Positions 30,247-38,873 of a stretch of DNA of 59,259 nt are shown one piece after another. Numbering within the stretch: position 1 is the first letter of the stretch; each line of letters begins with the position of its first letter. A program made the translations under genes and the position numbers. Location: positions 1 to 59,259 of IMG/VR virus record IMGVR_UViG_3300048599_000301, one strand, 5' to 3'. Source of the stretch: a virus. Its lineage: Duplodnaviria; Caudoviricetes. The notes beneath the pieces are model-generated. The model saw only the letters and a list, made by a program, of their open reading frames with translations. It had not been told where the DNA came from and ran no database searches.

Positions 30247-30868
30247 TCATTTGCTTTGACTGCTTGGCCCAAATCTGGTCGAGGATCCCGTTGAGAAACG
30301 CGGCCAGCTCGGGGTCGTGGGCGATCTGGAAATCCTCGAAACGCGGGTTCATGTTGAGATTCATCGAGCTACGCAAGACCATCTTCCACTGGGCGTTTTG
30401 GAGGACGGCGAACTTGGCGTGATTCTGGGCGACGCGGACCGCGTCGCGGCCGAAAGTGTCGCGGAGCTGGCTGGTTGCCGCCGGGTCGCGGCGGGCCATC
30501 GAGAAGTCGATCAGCCAACGCGTGCCGGTGACGTCGCCCCGGCGGAGAATGTCGCCAAGAGCCTGGATCTCATGCGGGGCCGCCGTCCAAGTCGATACGC
30601 TCAGGTGGACAGGGCCGGTGAGCTCCAACGCGGCGCCGATCAGGTCCAGCAACGAGAATTGCCCCTTGGTGAATCCAAAGATCTCTGTCGCGTGGTCCAG
30701 CCCGGCGATCGCCTCGCGCGCGGTCTGCTTGTTGCGAAGGTCGCGGAGCTGACGCTTTTCGGTCTGGAGTTTGCGACGGTGAACGAGCTTCCCGGGGAGC
30801 GTTTCGAGCTTGACCTCGCCACCTCCCTGGGCGAACAGTGGGTTTTCGGTCGGTCTGAGGGGCTTCAT
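30197..30868 (-). CDS. Phospholipase-D-superfamily (HxK) protein, probable nuclease
   Basis: NHAKF...SSMNLN. Confidence 0.65.
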   Translation of the reverse strand: MKPLRPTENPLFAQGGGEVKLETLPGKLVHRRKLQTEKRQLRDLRNKQTAREAIAGLDHATEIFGFTKGQFSLLDLIGAALELTGPVHLSVSTWTAAPHEIQALGDILRRGDVTGTRWLIDFSMARRDPAATSQLRDTFGRDAVRVAQNHAKFAVLQNAQWKMVLRSSMNLNMNPRFEDFQIAHDPELAAFLNGILDQIWAKQSKQMIDAKPYDICKFFQEEM

Positions 30869-30899
30869 GCGTTTTTTCAGCCGGACGGACTGTGTGTTA

Positions 30900-30960
30900 G
30901 CTACGGATGCTGGGGGTGGGAAACCGTTCGGTAGCTCCGGGCCTGGAAGGACCCGAAGGG
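30900..30960 (-). other. Candidate cos/packaging site
   Basis: GGGTCCT (lambda cosQ heptamer) at 30948-30954 in the gap upstream of the packaging genes. Confidence 0.4.
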
Positions 30961-31207
30961 GGTGGGGCTAAGAATCGCACCTTACCCCACTCCCCCTCTG
31001 TTTGGTGGGTTTGCCAGTCGGGTGGTGTTGCACAATGGCGCACCACTCCGCTTGGTGGCATCGCAATGTCGTCACGCTCGCCGGTTCCATTGACCATGTG
31101 ATTGCTTGAACCTCTCACGCCTTGCCAATCGTCGATCAGTGTGGATCCAAGCAACGACGCAGACACTGGCCAGCAGCAGGCCTAGGGCAATTGATAACAG
31201 ATCCATG

Positions 31208-31492
31208 TCATGCTCCCTGGTCCCTGTTTCGTGACGCACACTGGGCGGTCATCGCTCGCAGCGTCTCATTGAGTCGCTCGCCGTCTGCGTGGACTCGATC
31301 GAAGAGACTGGCCATCGTCTCCTTGCGTTCGGTTCGCAACTCCCGTAGCTCCTGGAACTGCATCCAAGAGACCCAGGCCAGCACGCCAACGCCTCCCAGC
31401 GAGGAGAGCGAGGACAAGGGCCCCATATCCGGCAAGGCGTCTCCGACGCCCAAGAGCACCACCGCGGTCATCGTAGCTGCCGTGCGGAACAA
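31208..31492 (-). CDS. Small TM plus coiled-coil protein (holin-like)
   Basis: TTG start after GGAGG; LGGVGVLAWVSW hydrophobic segment. Confidence 0.5.
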   Translation of the reverse strand: MFRTAATMTAVVLLGVGDALPDMGPLSSLSSLGGVGVLAWVSWMQFQELRELRTERKETMASLFDRVHADGERLNETLRAMTAQCASRNRDQGA

Positions 31493-31494
31493 GA

Positions 31495-31824
31495 TTAGCC
31501 TCCTCTGCCGCGGCGAAAGATTCCCCAAGTCGGTTGCTGCCAAGCTGGCTGTTGAGTCGTGGGGCAATTGCCGCCAGGACAGTTGCCGCCAGCGCACGGG
31601 CTTATCGGTTGCTGAACATTCCCCGGCGACTCCACCGCAATCGGCGGTTTCGGTTGGTTTGCCTCTCGGGAGGCGGCCTTTGCCGGCAGCGGAGTCGCCG
31701 GGGGAATTTCGGCGGGTGACGTGGCCACGTCCACGCCAAGCGTGTCCCAGGTGGGACCAGGGCAAAGCGTGTCCCACGATGGGCCGGCCGCAAGCACTAC
31801 CAGGGCAATTACAGCGTAACCCAA
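31495..31824 (-). CDS. Small secreted Pro-rich protein with CxGGxCP motifs
   Basis: Signal-like N-terminus; CAGGNCPGGNCP. Confidence 0.55.
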   Translation of the reverse strand: MGYAVIALVVLAAGPSWDTLCPGPTWDTLGVDVATSPAEIPPATPLPAKAASREANQPKPPIAVESPGNVQQPISPCAGGNCPGGNCPTTQQPAWQQPTWGIFRRGRGG

Positions 31825-32771
31825 TTCAACTCCTCCTTGACAATTGGGAAGCCATCGTAGTCGCTGACGAGGTAGGCCTCGCCATTGCGGATCTGAGCTT
31901 CGAAGGTTTCAGGGGTGACAAGTGCCCGGCCGGCGCCGATCGGATACGGGCCTTCTGGCCCGGCAACCCAGCCTTTCCCCCACTGGTTGTTATCCTCGAC
32001 CAGGCCGCATATCTTCCCGTCGTCGATCGTCCCGCATACCGACCAGGAATGAGCCGTGGGGCCAGAGATTTCGAGGAAGCCGTTAGAATCTCGCACAGCA
32101 GGCAGGCGGCGGCCCCATAGCCCCTGTTTTGTGCCAAACCAGCAATAATAGCCGGCGGCGACGCCGTCGCGGGCCTCTTCGTAGCTGCGACACGGGGCGT
32201 ATCGGCGGAAGAGGAATTTGTGGGCGGTCGGCTCCAGGGCGTCGGGCATTCCATCGCGGCCCCACGCTGCGCACAGGTCGTCATCGTCAAAGCGGCCCGT
32301 CAGGTCGTAGAGCTTCCCGCCGACGTCGTACCGGCCTTCTTGGATGAGGCCAAAGGTAGTAGCCGACTCCACGGCATAGGCCACCACAGCGCCATCCCCG
32401 CGGATTCTGGCCCCGTGCTTGCCGATGCCGATCTCGACGCGGGCCGGCCCGTAGACCGAAGCGGCGATCGTATGGCCAGGCCATTTGATCTTTCCCGCAG
32501 CCGCCTTGATGGCGGCCAGCCCGTCGCCGATCATGCCCCCGGTTCGGCCCACGCAAGAGCCGATCCACTGGTTCCGGTAGGTCGGCTGATGGCCGAGGAC
32601 TCGATCGAAGGCCGACGGCAGCAAGACGACTTTGCCCTTCCCAAAACCCTTTAGGTCCGGGTTGGCGTCATAGATCGATGAGACCACGGTGGCCGATGCG
32701 GCCATGACGCGGTCGATCACTTCGGGGTGGAATTCCCAGCCCCCTAGTTCGTTCAGGATGTCGAAATTCAA
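31809..32771 (-). CDS. Papain-like (C1-type) cysteine peptidase, putative lysis enzyme
   Basis: QWIGSCVG (Cys), AHSW (His), NNQWG (Asn); TTG start after GGAGG. Confidence 0.7.
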   Translation of the reverse strand: MNFDILNELGGWEFHPEVIDRVMAASATVVSSIYDANPDLKGFGKGKVVLLPSAFDRVLGHQPTYRNQWIGSCVGRTGGMIGDGLAAIKAAAGKIKWPGHTIAASVYGPARVEIGIGKHGARIRGDGAVVAYAVESATTFGLIQEGRYDVGGKLYDLTGRFDDDDLCAAWGRDGMPDALEPTAHKFLFRRYAPCRSYEEARDGVAAGYYCWFGTKQGLWGRRLPAVRDSNGFLEISGPTAHSWSVCGTIDDGKICGLVEDNNQWGKGWVAGPEGPYPIGAGRALVTPETFEAQIRNGEAYLVSDYDGFPIVKEELNWVTL

Positions 32772-33406
32772 GGCGAGGCCTCCAGTCCTTGGGCAATCTG
32801 TAGAGACGTCGGCCCCATGGCTTGGGGATCGGTGATGGCTTGCGATTGAAGATACTCGGCCAGTCGCAAGATGAGCGGATACCATCGGCTCTTCTTGCCG
32901 GCCTCTGGATCATTGGCGGGCAGGCCGAGGGCTGCCCGGTTTTCGGTGGTCTGGGCGGTTTGCACCTCAATGACCGTCTTGAACTCGCCTGCCGTGGCTC
33001 GGTCGGCGACGCGTCGATACCCGGCGGCCAGGCGTTTCGCCTCGGCAGCTCGGCCATCGGCCGGCGTCACAAGCTCGACGGTCCAGTCGCGTACATCCTT
33101 GGCCAGTCCTGTCAACTGGGGCGACGGCGGCGGGGTCGGCGTGCCGATCGGCGAGACCCCAAAGAACTGGAGGCCTTGGGCGGTGCGAAGGACAAGCACG
33201 GTCTGGCCGGTTTGCAGGCCGGGCGTGAAGGCGATCCCCTGGCCATCGGGAAAGACGGCCTCGGTAAACAGGGGCAACGGCGAGGCGTCGGCCTTTTGGA
33301 CTTGGACCTGGACAGGCGGCGGGTTAGCCGGCGTAGCGGCAACCGCGGGAAGGATCAGCAGGCCAATGATGGCGAGCGTGGCGAAGAGGAAGGTGTGGGG
33401 CTTCAT
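32768..33406 (-). CDS. Secreted hypothetical protein
   Basis: Sec-type signal peptide ending AVA-A; Pro linker. Confidence 0.6.
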   Translation of the reverse strand: MKPHTFLFATLAIIGLLILPAVAATPANPPPVQVQVQKADASPLPLFTEAVFPDGQGIAFTPGLQTGQTVLVLRTAQGLQFFGVSPIGTPTPPPSPQLTGLAKDVRDWTVELVTPADGRAAEAKRLAAGYRRVADRATAGEFKTVIEVQTAQTTENRAALGLPANDPEAGKKSRWYPLILRLAEYLQSQAITDPQAMGPTSLQIAQGLEASP

Positions 33407-33492
33407 GTGCAGCAGTGCATGTACAGGCGTTGATGGTACAAACGTGCCCCCGGGGCCGATCCCCGGGGGCGTTCATGGATGAAAGCGGGCGA

Positions 33493-33966
33493 TCAGATGG
33501 CCGGTTGTGGCTCGGCTTCCTTCTTCCTCCGGTTCTTGATCCACTCGATTACCAGAGGGGCAAACTGCTGGATGAGTTGGAGGATCACCGCGATAGTCGC
33601 CGGATCAACGCCCGCCTTCATGGCGACGTTCTCCACATCGACTTGGTCGGAAGCCGTCAAGACGGGGCCGTCCCACTCGGAGGTCCCCATTGCTTCGGCG
33701 ACCTCTTTCTCGCGGGTGAACATCCGTTTGACCAGCGAATAGAAGGCCTCCCACGCCTCGGCCGACTCGACGATCTTGGCGAGCGTCGCGACTGCGGTGT
33801 CGTCGATCGCGGTCGTGGTCTTGGTTGCCAGGCTGGTCAGAGCGGAAACAACCTTCTTGGCCCACTCACGCACGGAGGCCGAATCCTCCCAGGTCGGCAG
33901 CGGTAGCAGGTCGCGAGCGTACTTCGCGAAAAGGATCAAGAGACTCAGAATCGGCAAGCGGTCCAC
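33493..33966 (-). CDS. Hypothetical membrane-associated protein, first late gene
   Basis: GTG start after AAGGAG; GVDPATIAVILQLIQQFAPLVI C-terminal helix. Confidence 0.55.
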   Translation of the reverse strand: MDRLPILSLLILFAKYARDLLPLPTWEDSASVREWAKKVVSALTSLATKTTTAIDDTAVATLAKIVESAEAWEAFYSLVKRMFTREKEVAEAMGTSEWDGPVLTASDQVDVENVAMKAGVDPATIAVILQLIQQFAPLVIEWIKNRRKKEAEPQPAI

Positions 33967-34316
33967 GGCAAGGCTCCTTGTTGGAGAAAGTGGAAACAGG
34001 GAAACGCGGTTAGCGGAGCGTGGCCAGGCGGCCACGTCAGAAGGCAGGCACGACGGCCGGCGACGTGGACAGGGGGCGGGACGTCGTCGGCCGTCGATCG
34101 AGGGAAACACGGGGGACGCGGCCGGGGATTCTTCGGCGGCGCCGTCACAAGGAAGATGGCCAGCGTGGCCGAGAAGGCGGGGAGAGGTGGGCGCAATAGG
34201 CAACCCCTCGGGGTATTGCCCGTCTTTCGTTGGGCAGTATCCCAAGGGGTCTCGGTTGCGTTCGATTGTCGCCCATGCGGGGATCAAATCAGGCTCCCCG
34301 CCCCGTCACGGTTGGA

Positions 34317-34346
34317 AGTGTAGGAGTTAGTCGGTTCGTTTGTCAA
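34317..34346 (-). promoter_or_regulatory. Late (lysis/packaging) operon promoter
   Basis: TTGACA-18 bp-TACACT on the minus strand. Confidence 0.7.
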
Positions 34347-34360
34347 GCGACCCTCTCGCG

Positions 34361-34452
34361 CGTGAATATTCAAATCGGGGGTATGAATATGCACGCATCC
34401 TGCGTGAATACTGACACTTAGGGTGTGAATATTCCGGTGGGAGCGTGAATAA
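34361..34452. repeat. Five phased (G)TGAATA direct repeats
   Basis: TGAATA at 34363, 34384, 34405, 34426, 34446. Confidence 0.85.
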
Positions 34453-34517
34453 GCCCGCGCGGGCCGGCGGCTTCAGTGACGGGGCGGTTACTGGCCGCCA
34501 GGCCCGGCCGCGGGTGG

Positions 34518-34769
34518 TTACTTGGTGGAGTAGTGGAGGCTTTGGAGTTCGGCGGCCAGCGTGTTGCGATAGGTCTTGATCGCGTCGAGGAATCCGGCGC
34601 GGAGCTTGTTTTTGATGCAGCCGGTTAGAGGCCTGAGAATGTCCTCGATCGGCTTGGAGGGATTCTTGGCGGCATCATCCAGCACGTCATCGAGTCCATC
34701 AATCGCGTTGGCGAGGGACTCGGCACCTCGGAGGATGCTTCGAAGGTCGTCAATCTGGTCGGGTTTCAT
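34518..34769 (-). CDS. Hypothetical protein
   Basis: Coupled ORF with AAAGGA RBS. Confidence 0.55.
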   Translation of the reverse strand: MKPDQIDDLRSILRGAESLANAIDGLDDVLDDAAKNPSKPIEDILRPLTGCIKNKLRAGFLDAIKTYRNTLAAELQSLHYSTK

Positions 34770-34987
34770 GGGGTCCTTTCGATGGTTTCTGCTGGTGGTT
34801 TGCTCTTTCGCACGGCGTAGCGGCTGGTGATCACCTTGGCACCGTCCGCGAATTCAACCAGGGCGCTATTGAGTGCCCCGCGGGCCAGGACGCGGCACGG
34901 CTGGCCCTTACGATCGGGGAGGCGGGCACGCCAGTACCAGACGTGGGTAAACGGCGTCACTTCGACCACTTTGGCATTTCCTCCCAT
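34766..34987 (-). CDS. Small hypothetical phage protein
   Basis: RKGQPCRVLARGALNSALVEFADG; start uncertain. Confidence 0.55.
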   Translation of the reverse strand: MGGNAKVVEVTPFTHVWYWRARLPDRKGQPCRVLARGALNSALVEFADGAKVITSRYAVRKSKPPAETIERTP

Positions 34988-35937
34988 GTCCGGCCGTCGA
35001 GGAATCGGCCGGCGGCCTTCTTGCCGACGCGGAACATACTGGTAGGCAGGTCAGGCTTAGAACTGTCTGGATGATCCGTGCCGTCGAGATATAGAAAACG
35101 ATGGTCGTATCGGTCCTGATCTGCCCCATGAACGAACGGAGAATACTCATCCATGGGAATCCACTCGCCCCATTGCTTGAAGAAAAACGGCACGGCGGCG
35201 GCTTGGCACTGGTCGCGCAGCGATCGGAACCAGTCGGGATGGGCGGGGCGGGCGTTGCGGCCACTTTCACCCCCGGCGATGATCCAATGAAGCATGGGCT
35301 TGGGATCGGTGACCACAAAGCGGCCCGATACGTCGTACGTGGCCTTGGAGAATTTCGCTGCAAGCCAGAGGCTAGGAGCGATGGGGCCAAGCAACGGCTC
35401 AAAACTCACCAGGCGGACCGCCAAGGGGATTCTGACCAGCTCGGCGATCCGGTTGACGGTGTCGGGTCCGGTGACTGTCACGCCACCCCAGATGTTTCGC
35501 GGCCACGCGCGGCCGAGGGCATGACGCCATAGGTCGATGAAGGCGGCCATGCGGCCGGGCTGTTTGGTCAACAGGATCCAGACGTGGGGACTGTCGGCCA
35601 TTCGCCTAACGGCCTCGTTGAACCAGGCGAAGTAGTCCGGCGATGGAAACCCGAACGAGTCGGACAGGTCATTGAGGAAAACCAGCCGTGGCAGGCCGTT
35701 GAGCCAGGGCTTCTGGGGTCGCTCCCGGCCGGTCAGGTCAGGCCAGCCGAGGGCCTCGTCGAGGCGGTAAGGGTAGGCCGTCGGCTTGGCGAAGGCCTCC
35801 GGCCATCCCTTTTGGCCGGCGTGGCGGGTGACAAGATCCTCGGCGTAGCAGTGGCCTCCGGACAATTCGCAGCCCGTGCAGCCGATCAGGACATTACAGG
35901 TGCTGTCGCACCACTCGATATTCGTTTTGATTCCCAT
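34957..35937 (-). CDS. DUF5131 (phage Gp37/Gp68) family protein
   Basis: TNIEWCD...GCTGC...HCYAE; SFEPLLG; WIIAGGESG; FFFKQWG. Confidence 0.9.
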   Translation of the reverse strand: MGIKTNIEWCDSTCNVLIGCTGCELSGGHCYAEDLVTRHAGQKGWPEAFAKPTAYPYRLDEALGWPDLTGRERPQKPWLNGLPRLVFLNDLSDSFGFPSPDYFAWFNEAVRRMADSPHVWILLTKQPGRMAAFIDLWRHALGRAWPRNIWGGVTVTGPDTVNRIAELVRIPLAVRLVSFEPLLGPIAPSLWLAAKFSKATYDVSGRFVVTDPKPMLHWIIAGGESGRNARPAHPDWFRSLRDQCQAAAVPFFFKQWGEWIPMDEYSPFVHGADQDRYDHRFLYLDGTDHPDSSKPDLPTSMFRVGKKAAGRFLDGRTWEEMPKWSK

Positions 35938-35939
35938 GG

Positions 35940-36131
35940 TCAAAGGTTTCCGAAGAGTTTTCCAAAAAGCGAGTTATCGGGCGATTGGCGGCGGCCCTCT
36001 TCCGCGCCGCGTTCGTACGCTTGGGCAAGGGCGTCGCGGAAGTTTGCGGCCGTGATGGTCACGGTGGCTTTTGGCTTGGCTAGGCTGGGGTTGCGGCGGA
36101 CCAACGTGGCCCAAAGGTCGTTGAAAGTCAT
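35940..36131 (-). CDS. Hypothetical protein
   Basis: Small coupled ORF. Confidence 0.5.
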   Translation of the reverse strand: MTFNDLWATLVRRNPSLAKPKATVTITAANFRDALAQAYERGAEEGRRQSPDNSLFGKLFGNL

Positions 36132-36191
36132 GTGGCTAGCTCCGGCGGATGGCCCGGCCGCGGGTGAGGCGGCCGGGCGTGGCTGGTGTGG

Positions 36192-37367
36192 CTACTTGGC
36201 GCCGCGGCGGCTCTTGGCCTTCTTCCCCTTGGCGGTCCGTTTGCGGACCGGCTTGGGGAGCGGGATGCAGTCGGCCTGATCGTCTTCCTCCTCCTCGGGT
36301 TCGGCGTCGAACACGCCGACGGCCTCCCCGGCTTCGAGCTGGGCGAGTTCGTCACCCTCGGGAGGCTCTTGGGCAGTCGGCCCCGCATCGTTGTTGGCGT
36401 CGGCCTCTTCGTACTCCGTCGGCTCGAGCCAAACCTCATCCAACTTGTCGCCGAGGTAGCGGACGGCGAACACCTCGCCGAACTCGTCCACGTAGGCGGT
36501 GATGATCTCCCCTTCGTGCCACGTCACGCCTTCAGGGAGCTTAATGTCTTCCAAGAGGCGGATTCGCTTACGCTCGACGGCGTTGGGCGGCATCGCCTCG
36601 CCCTCCTGGCTGGCCGGCTGGGGATCGCTGGGCGTCTCGGTGGCTTCCGGGGCCGGCGTGGGCTGGTCGACGGGGTGCGTCTTGAAGAACTCGAAGAAGA
36701 GGTCGGAGGTCCGGCCGCGGAATTCTTCCGAATAGCCGGGCATGGCGTCGGTCCAGCGGGTGCCCAAGCGGTCGATGCGCGTCTGCAGGTCGCCGATCGT
36801 GAACACGTCGACCTGGCCGAGGGCCTCGACTTCCTTTTCGGTGAACCCGAGTTCTTTGACCAGCAAGCTCTTGTAGGCGGGGGCCGGCGCCGCGTCCGCG
36901 GGCTTGACGGCCGGCGGGACGTCGAAGAGCGGATAGCATTCTTCGTCGAGCTGCGCCCCGCGTTCGCGGAGTGCGGCCAGGTCTCGCACCTTCTCCTTGT
37001 AGTCCTTCTTGAGGTTCGTAAGCTCCGCCTGGTGCTCGGCCATCTGGACGGCCAGGTCGGCGATTTCTCCCTTGAGCGCGTCCATCTGTTCGTCATAAAT
37101 CCGCTGGGCGATCTGCTCGCGGGTTTCTTGGAGTGGGAGTGGGACCGGGGGCTCTTTCGGCGTTTCGTCGGCCTGGGGCTTCGTCTCCTCGCCCGCGGCC
37201 GGCGTTTCCTCCGCGGCGGGTTTCGTTTCCTCGGTCGTGGCTTGCGTCTCTTCGGCCGGCTCTGCGGCGGCCTCGGGTGCCTGGCCGGCAGGATTGGCCT
37301 GGTCGGTCTGGTCCTGGGCCTCGGGGGTGACGGGGATAATGGTCGGTTCGAGTTCAGCGGTCGACAC
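36192..37367 (-). CDS. Acidic protein with coiled coil and an RNA-polymerase alpha-CTD-like segment
   Basis: LLVKELGFTEKEVEALGQVDVFTIGDL; GTG start after AAGGAG. Confidence 0.55.
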   Translation of the reverse strand: MSTAELEPTIIPVTPEAQDQTDQANPAGQAPEAAAEPAEETQATTEETKPAAEETPAAGEETKPQADETPKEPPVPLPLQETREQIAQRIYDEQMDALKGEIADLAVQMAEHQAELTNLKKDYKEKVRDLAALRERGAQLDEECYPLFDVPPAVKPADAAPAPAYKSLLVKELGFTEKEVEALGQVDVFTIGDLQTRIDRLGTRWTDAMPGYSEEFRGRTSDLFFEFFKTHPVDQPTPAPEATETPSDPQPASQEGEAMPPNAVERKRIRLLEDIKLPEGVTWHEGEIITAYVDEFGEVFAVRYLGDKLDEVWLEPTEYEEADANNDAGPTAQEPPEGDELAQLEAGEAVGVFDAEPEEEEDDQADCIPLPKPVRKRTAKGKKAKSRRGAK

Positions 37368-37399
37368 GGCAAAGGCTCCTTTTGTGGGAATATGAGGGT

Positions 37400-38332
37400 T
37401 CAAGCAGTCGTTTCCAGAGTGGCGTAGCTTGGTCCGTTGATCAAAAGCACCTCGGGGGCCTCGCACTTGCCGACCCCGCGGCGGTTCTGAACGTGAAGAT
37501 TCTTTTGACGGTACATCCTGCGGACCGTCCAGCCGGGATAGAGCGATTCCAGCCGCGGGTGGTCGTAGTAGCTGACCACCACGCGGGCCTCTTTGAACCG
37601 GGTCAACTCGGCGGCCAGCCGCGCGTGGTCGTCTTGACGATCGAAGAGGCCTCCCGCGTCGGCTTCATTGCATTCAGTGAAGTCGTGAAGGTAGCGGCTG
37701 CCTCCACCGCTTCCCCGGGTGCACTGCAGGTAAGGAGGATCGGCGTAGACGGCGATACCTGGCATGTCCGGGATTTTGGGCAGATGGTTAAAGGCGTCCC
37801 CCTTGAGGATCACCACGCGGCGCAGCCGTTCATGCCACCAGGGAATCGACTCCACGGCCGTGCGGAAGCGTGTGGAACTCGAACCGCCACCGGGCGTGTA
37901 TCGGATCGACGGTTGCCAGTTGGTGCGGACGCAACCCGATGTCCCGTTGCGGCCCATCCAAGAGACCACGAAGTAGTGATAGGCGGCCTCTTGGTCGTAT
38001 CCATCGCTTCCCTGGAGGCCAGGCCAGTTGTCGAGCCAGGCCGCCGACTGGTCGTAAAGGTCGGTCGAATAAAGCGTACGCGAGGCGCGGGCGTAGAGTC
38101 GGGCGGCGGATCCGGCGGAACGAAGCGTGCGGGCCAGGTTGACCAGGCCGTCGTGCATGTCGATGACCGTCTCTTGGCTGGCCGGCTCTTTCGCAAACAG
38201 GACGGCCATCGAGCCGCAAAACGGCTCCCAGTAGGCACGGTGGTTGCCCAGCTCGGCGACGATCTCCTCGGCCATGGTGCGTTTGCCACCGAACCACGGG
38301 GCAATGGCGGTCATTGTGTGGGGCTCGGTCAT
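37400..38332 (-). CDS. Dam-like N6-adenine DNA methyltransferase
   Basis: PWFGGK, EPFCGS, YADPPY. Confidence 0.9.
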   Translation of the reverse strand: MTEPHTMTAIAPWFGGKRTMAEEIVAELGNHRAYWEPFCGSMAVLFAKEPASQETVIDMHDGLVNLARTLRSAGSAARLYARASRTLYSTDLYDQSAAWLDNWPGLQGSDGYDQEAAYHYFVVSWMGRNGTSGCVRTNWQPSIRYTPGGGSSSTRFRTAVESIPWWHERLRRVVILKGDAFNHLPKIPDMPGIAVYADPPYLQCTRGSGGGSRYLHDFTECNEADAGGLFDRQDDHARLAAELTRFKEARVVVSYYDHPRLESLYPGWTVRRMYRQKNLHVQNRRGVGKCEAPEVLLINGPSYATLETTA

Positions 38333-38850
38333 TTCGCGTTGGTCTCCTTAGAGCATTCGTGTTCGTCCTTGATCACCATTCGTGTGAGCGCCCGGGCCGC
38401 GTATCCCAGGCCTTTGAGACGTGCTTTGGCGTTGATCAGGCGGCGTTCTTGGGTGGCGGTCTGGAGCGTTTTTTGGCACCGGGTCATTTCGCTCACCAGG
38501 TCGCTGCGGACCTCGCGGCAGTGGGCGAGGATCTCGGCGGCCGGGTCCCGTTGGTGCGATTTCGGTGGCTTGGGCTCATGCCAGGCGACGACTTCGAATT
38601 CATCGGGCTTGACGCCCAACGAGTCGTAGGGCCCGACGATCACGGCCACGGCCCCGTGGCTGTTGACCCAGCAGTCGTATTCCTTGCCGGCGGTCGCAAC
38701 CAATGGCCGCGGCAAGGGGATGTCCGACCTGGCGGTCTTGGTCATCAGGACCCGCCGGGGCACCTTGCCGCCCCAGCGTTTCGGGTAGTGTGGCGATTGG
38801 TGCTTCAGTGCCGGGCTATCGTCGGGGGATTCGGGTTTTGCGCGGGTCAT
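38329..38850 (-). CDS. Hypothetical protein
   Basis: Coupled ORF with GAGG RBS. Confidence 0.55.
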   Translation of the reverse strand: MTRAKPESPDDSPALKHQSPHYPKRWGGKVPRRVLMTKTARSDIPLPRPLVATAGKEYDCWVNSHGAVAVIVGPYDSLGVKPDEFEVVAWHEPKPPKSHQRDPAAEILAHCREVRSDLVSEMTRCQKTLQTATQERRLINAKARLKGLGYAARALTRMVIKDEHECSKETNAK

Positions 38851-38873
38851 GGGTTTTCCTCGGTTGATTGGTT

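Noticed and set aside
34361-34452. CRISPR array
   Set aside because: Repeats are only ~7 bp with ~14-bp spacers, and no cas genes are present.
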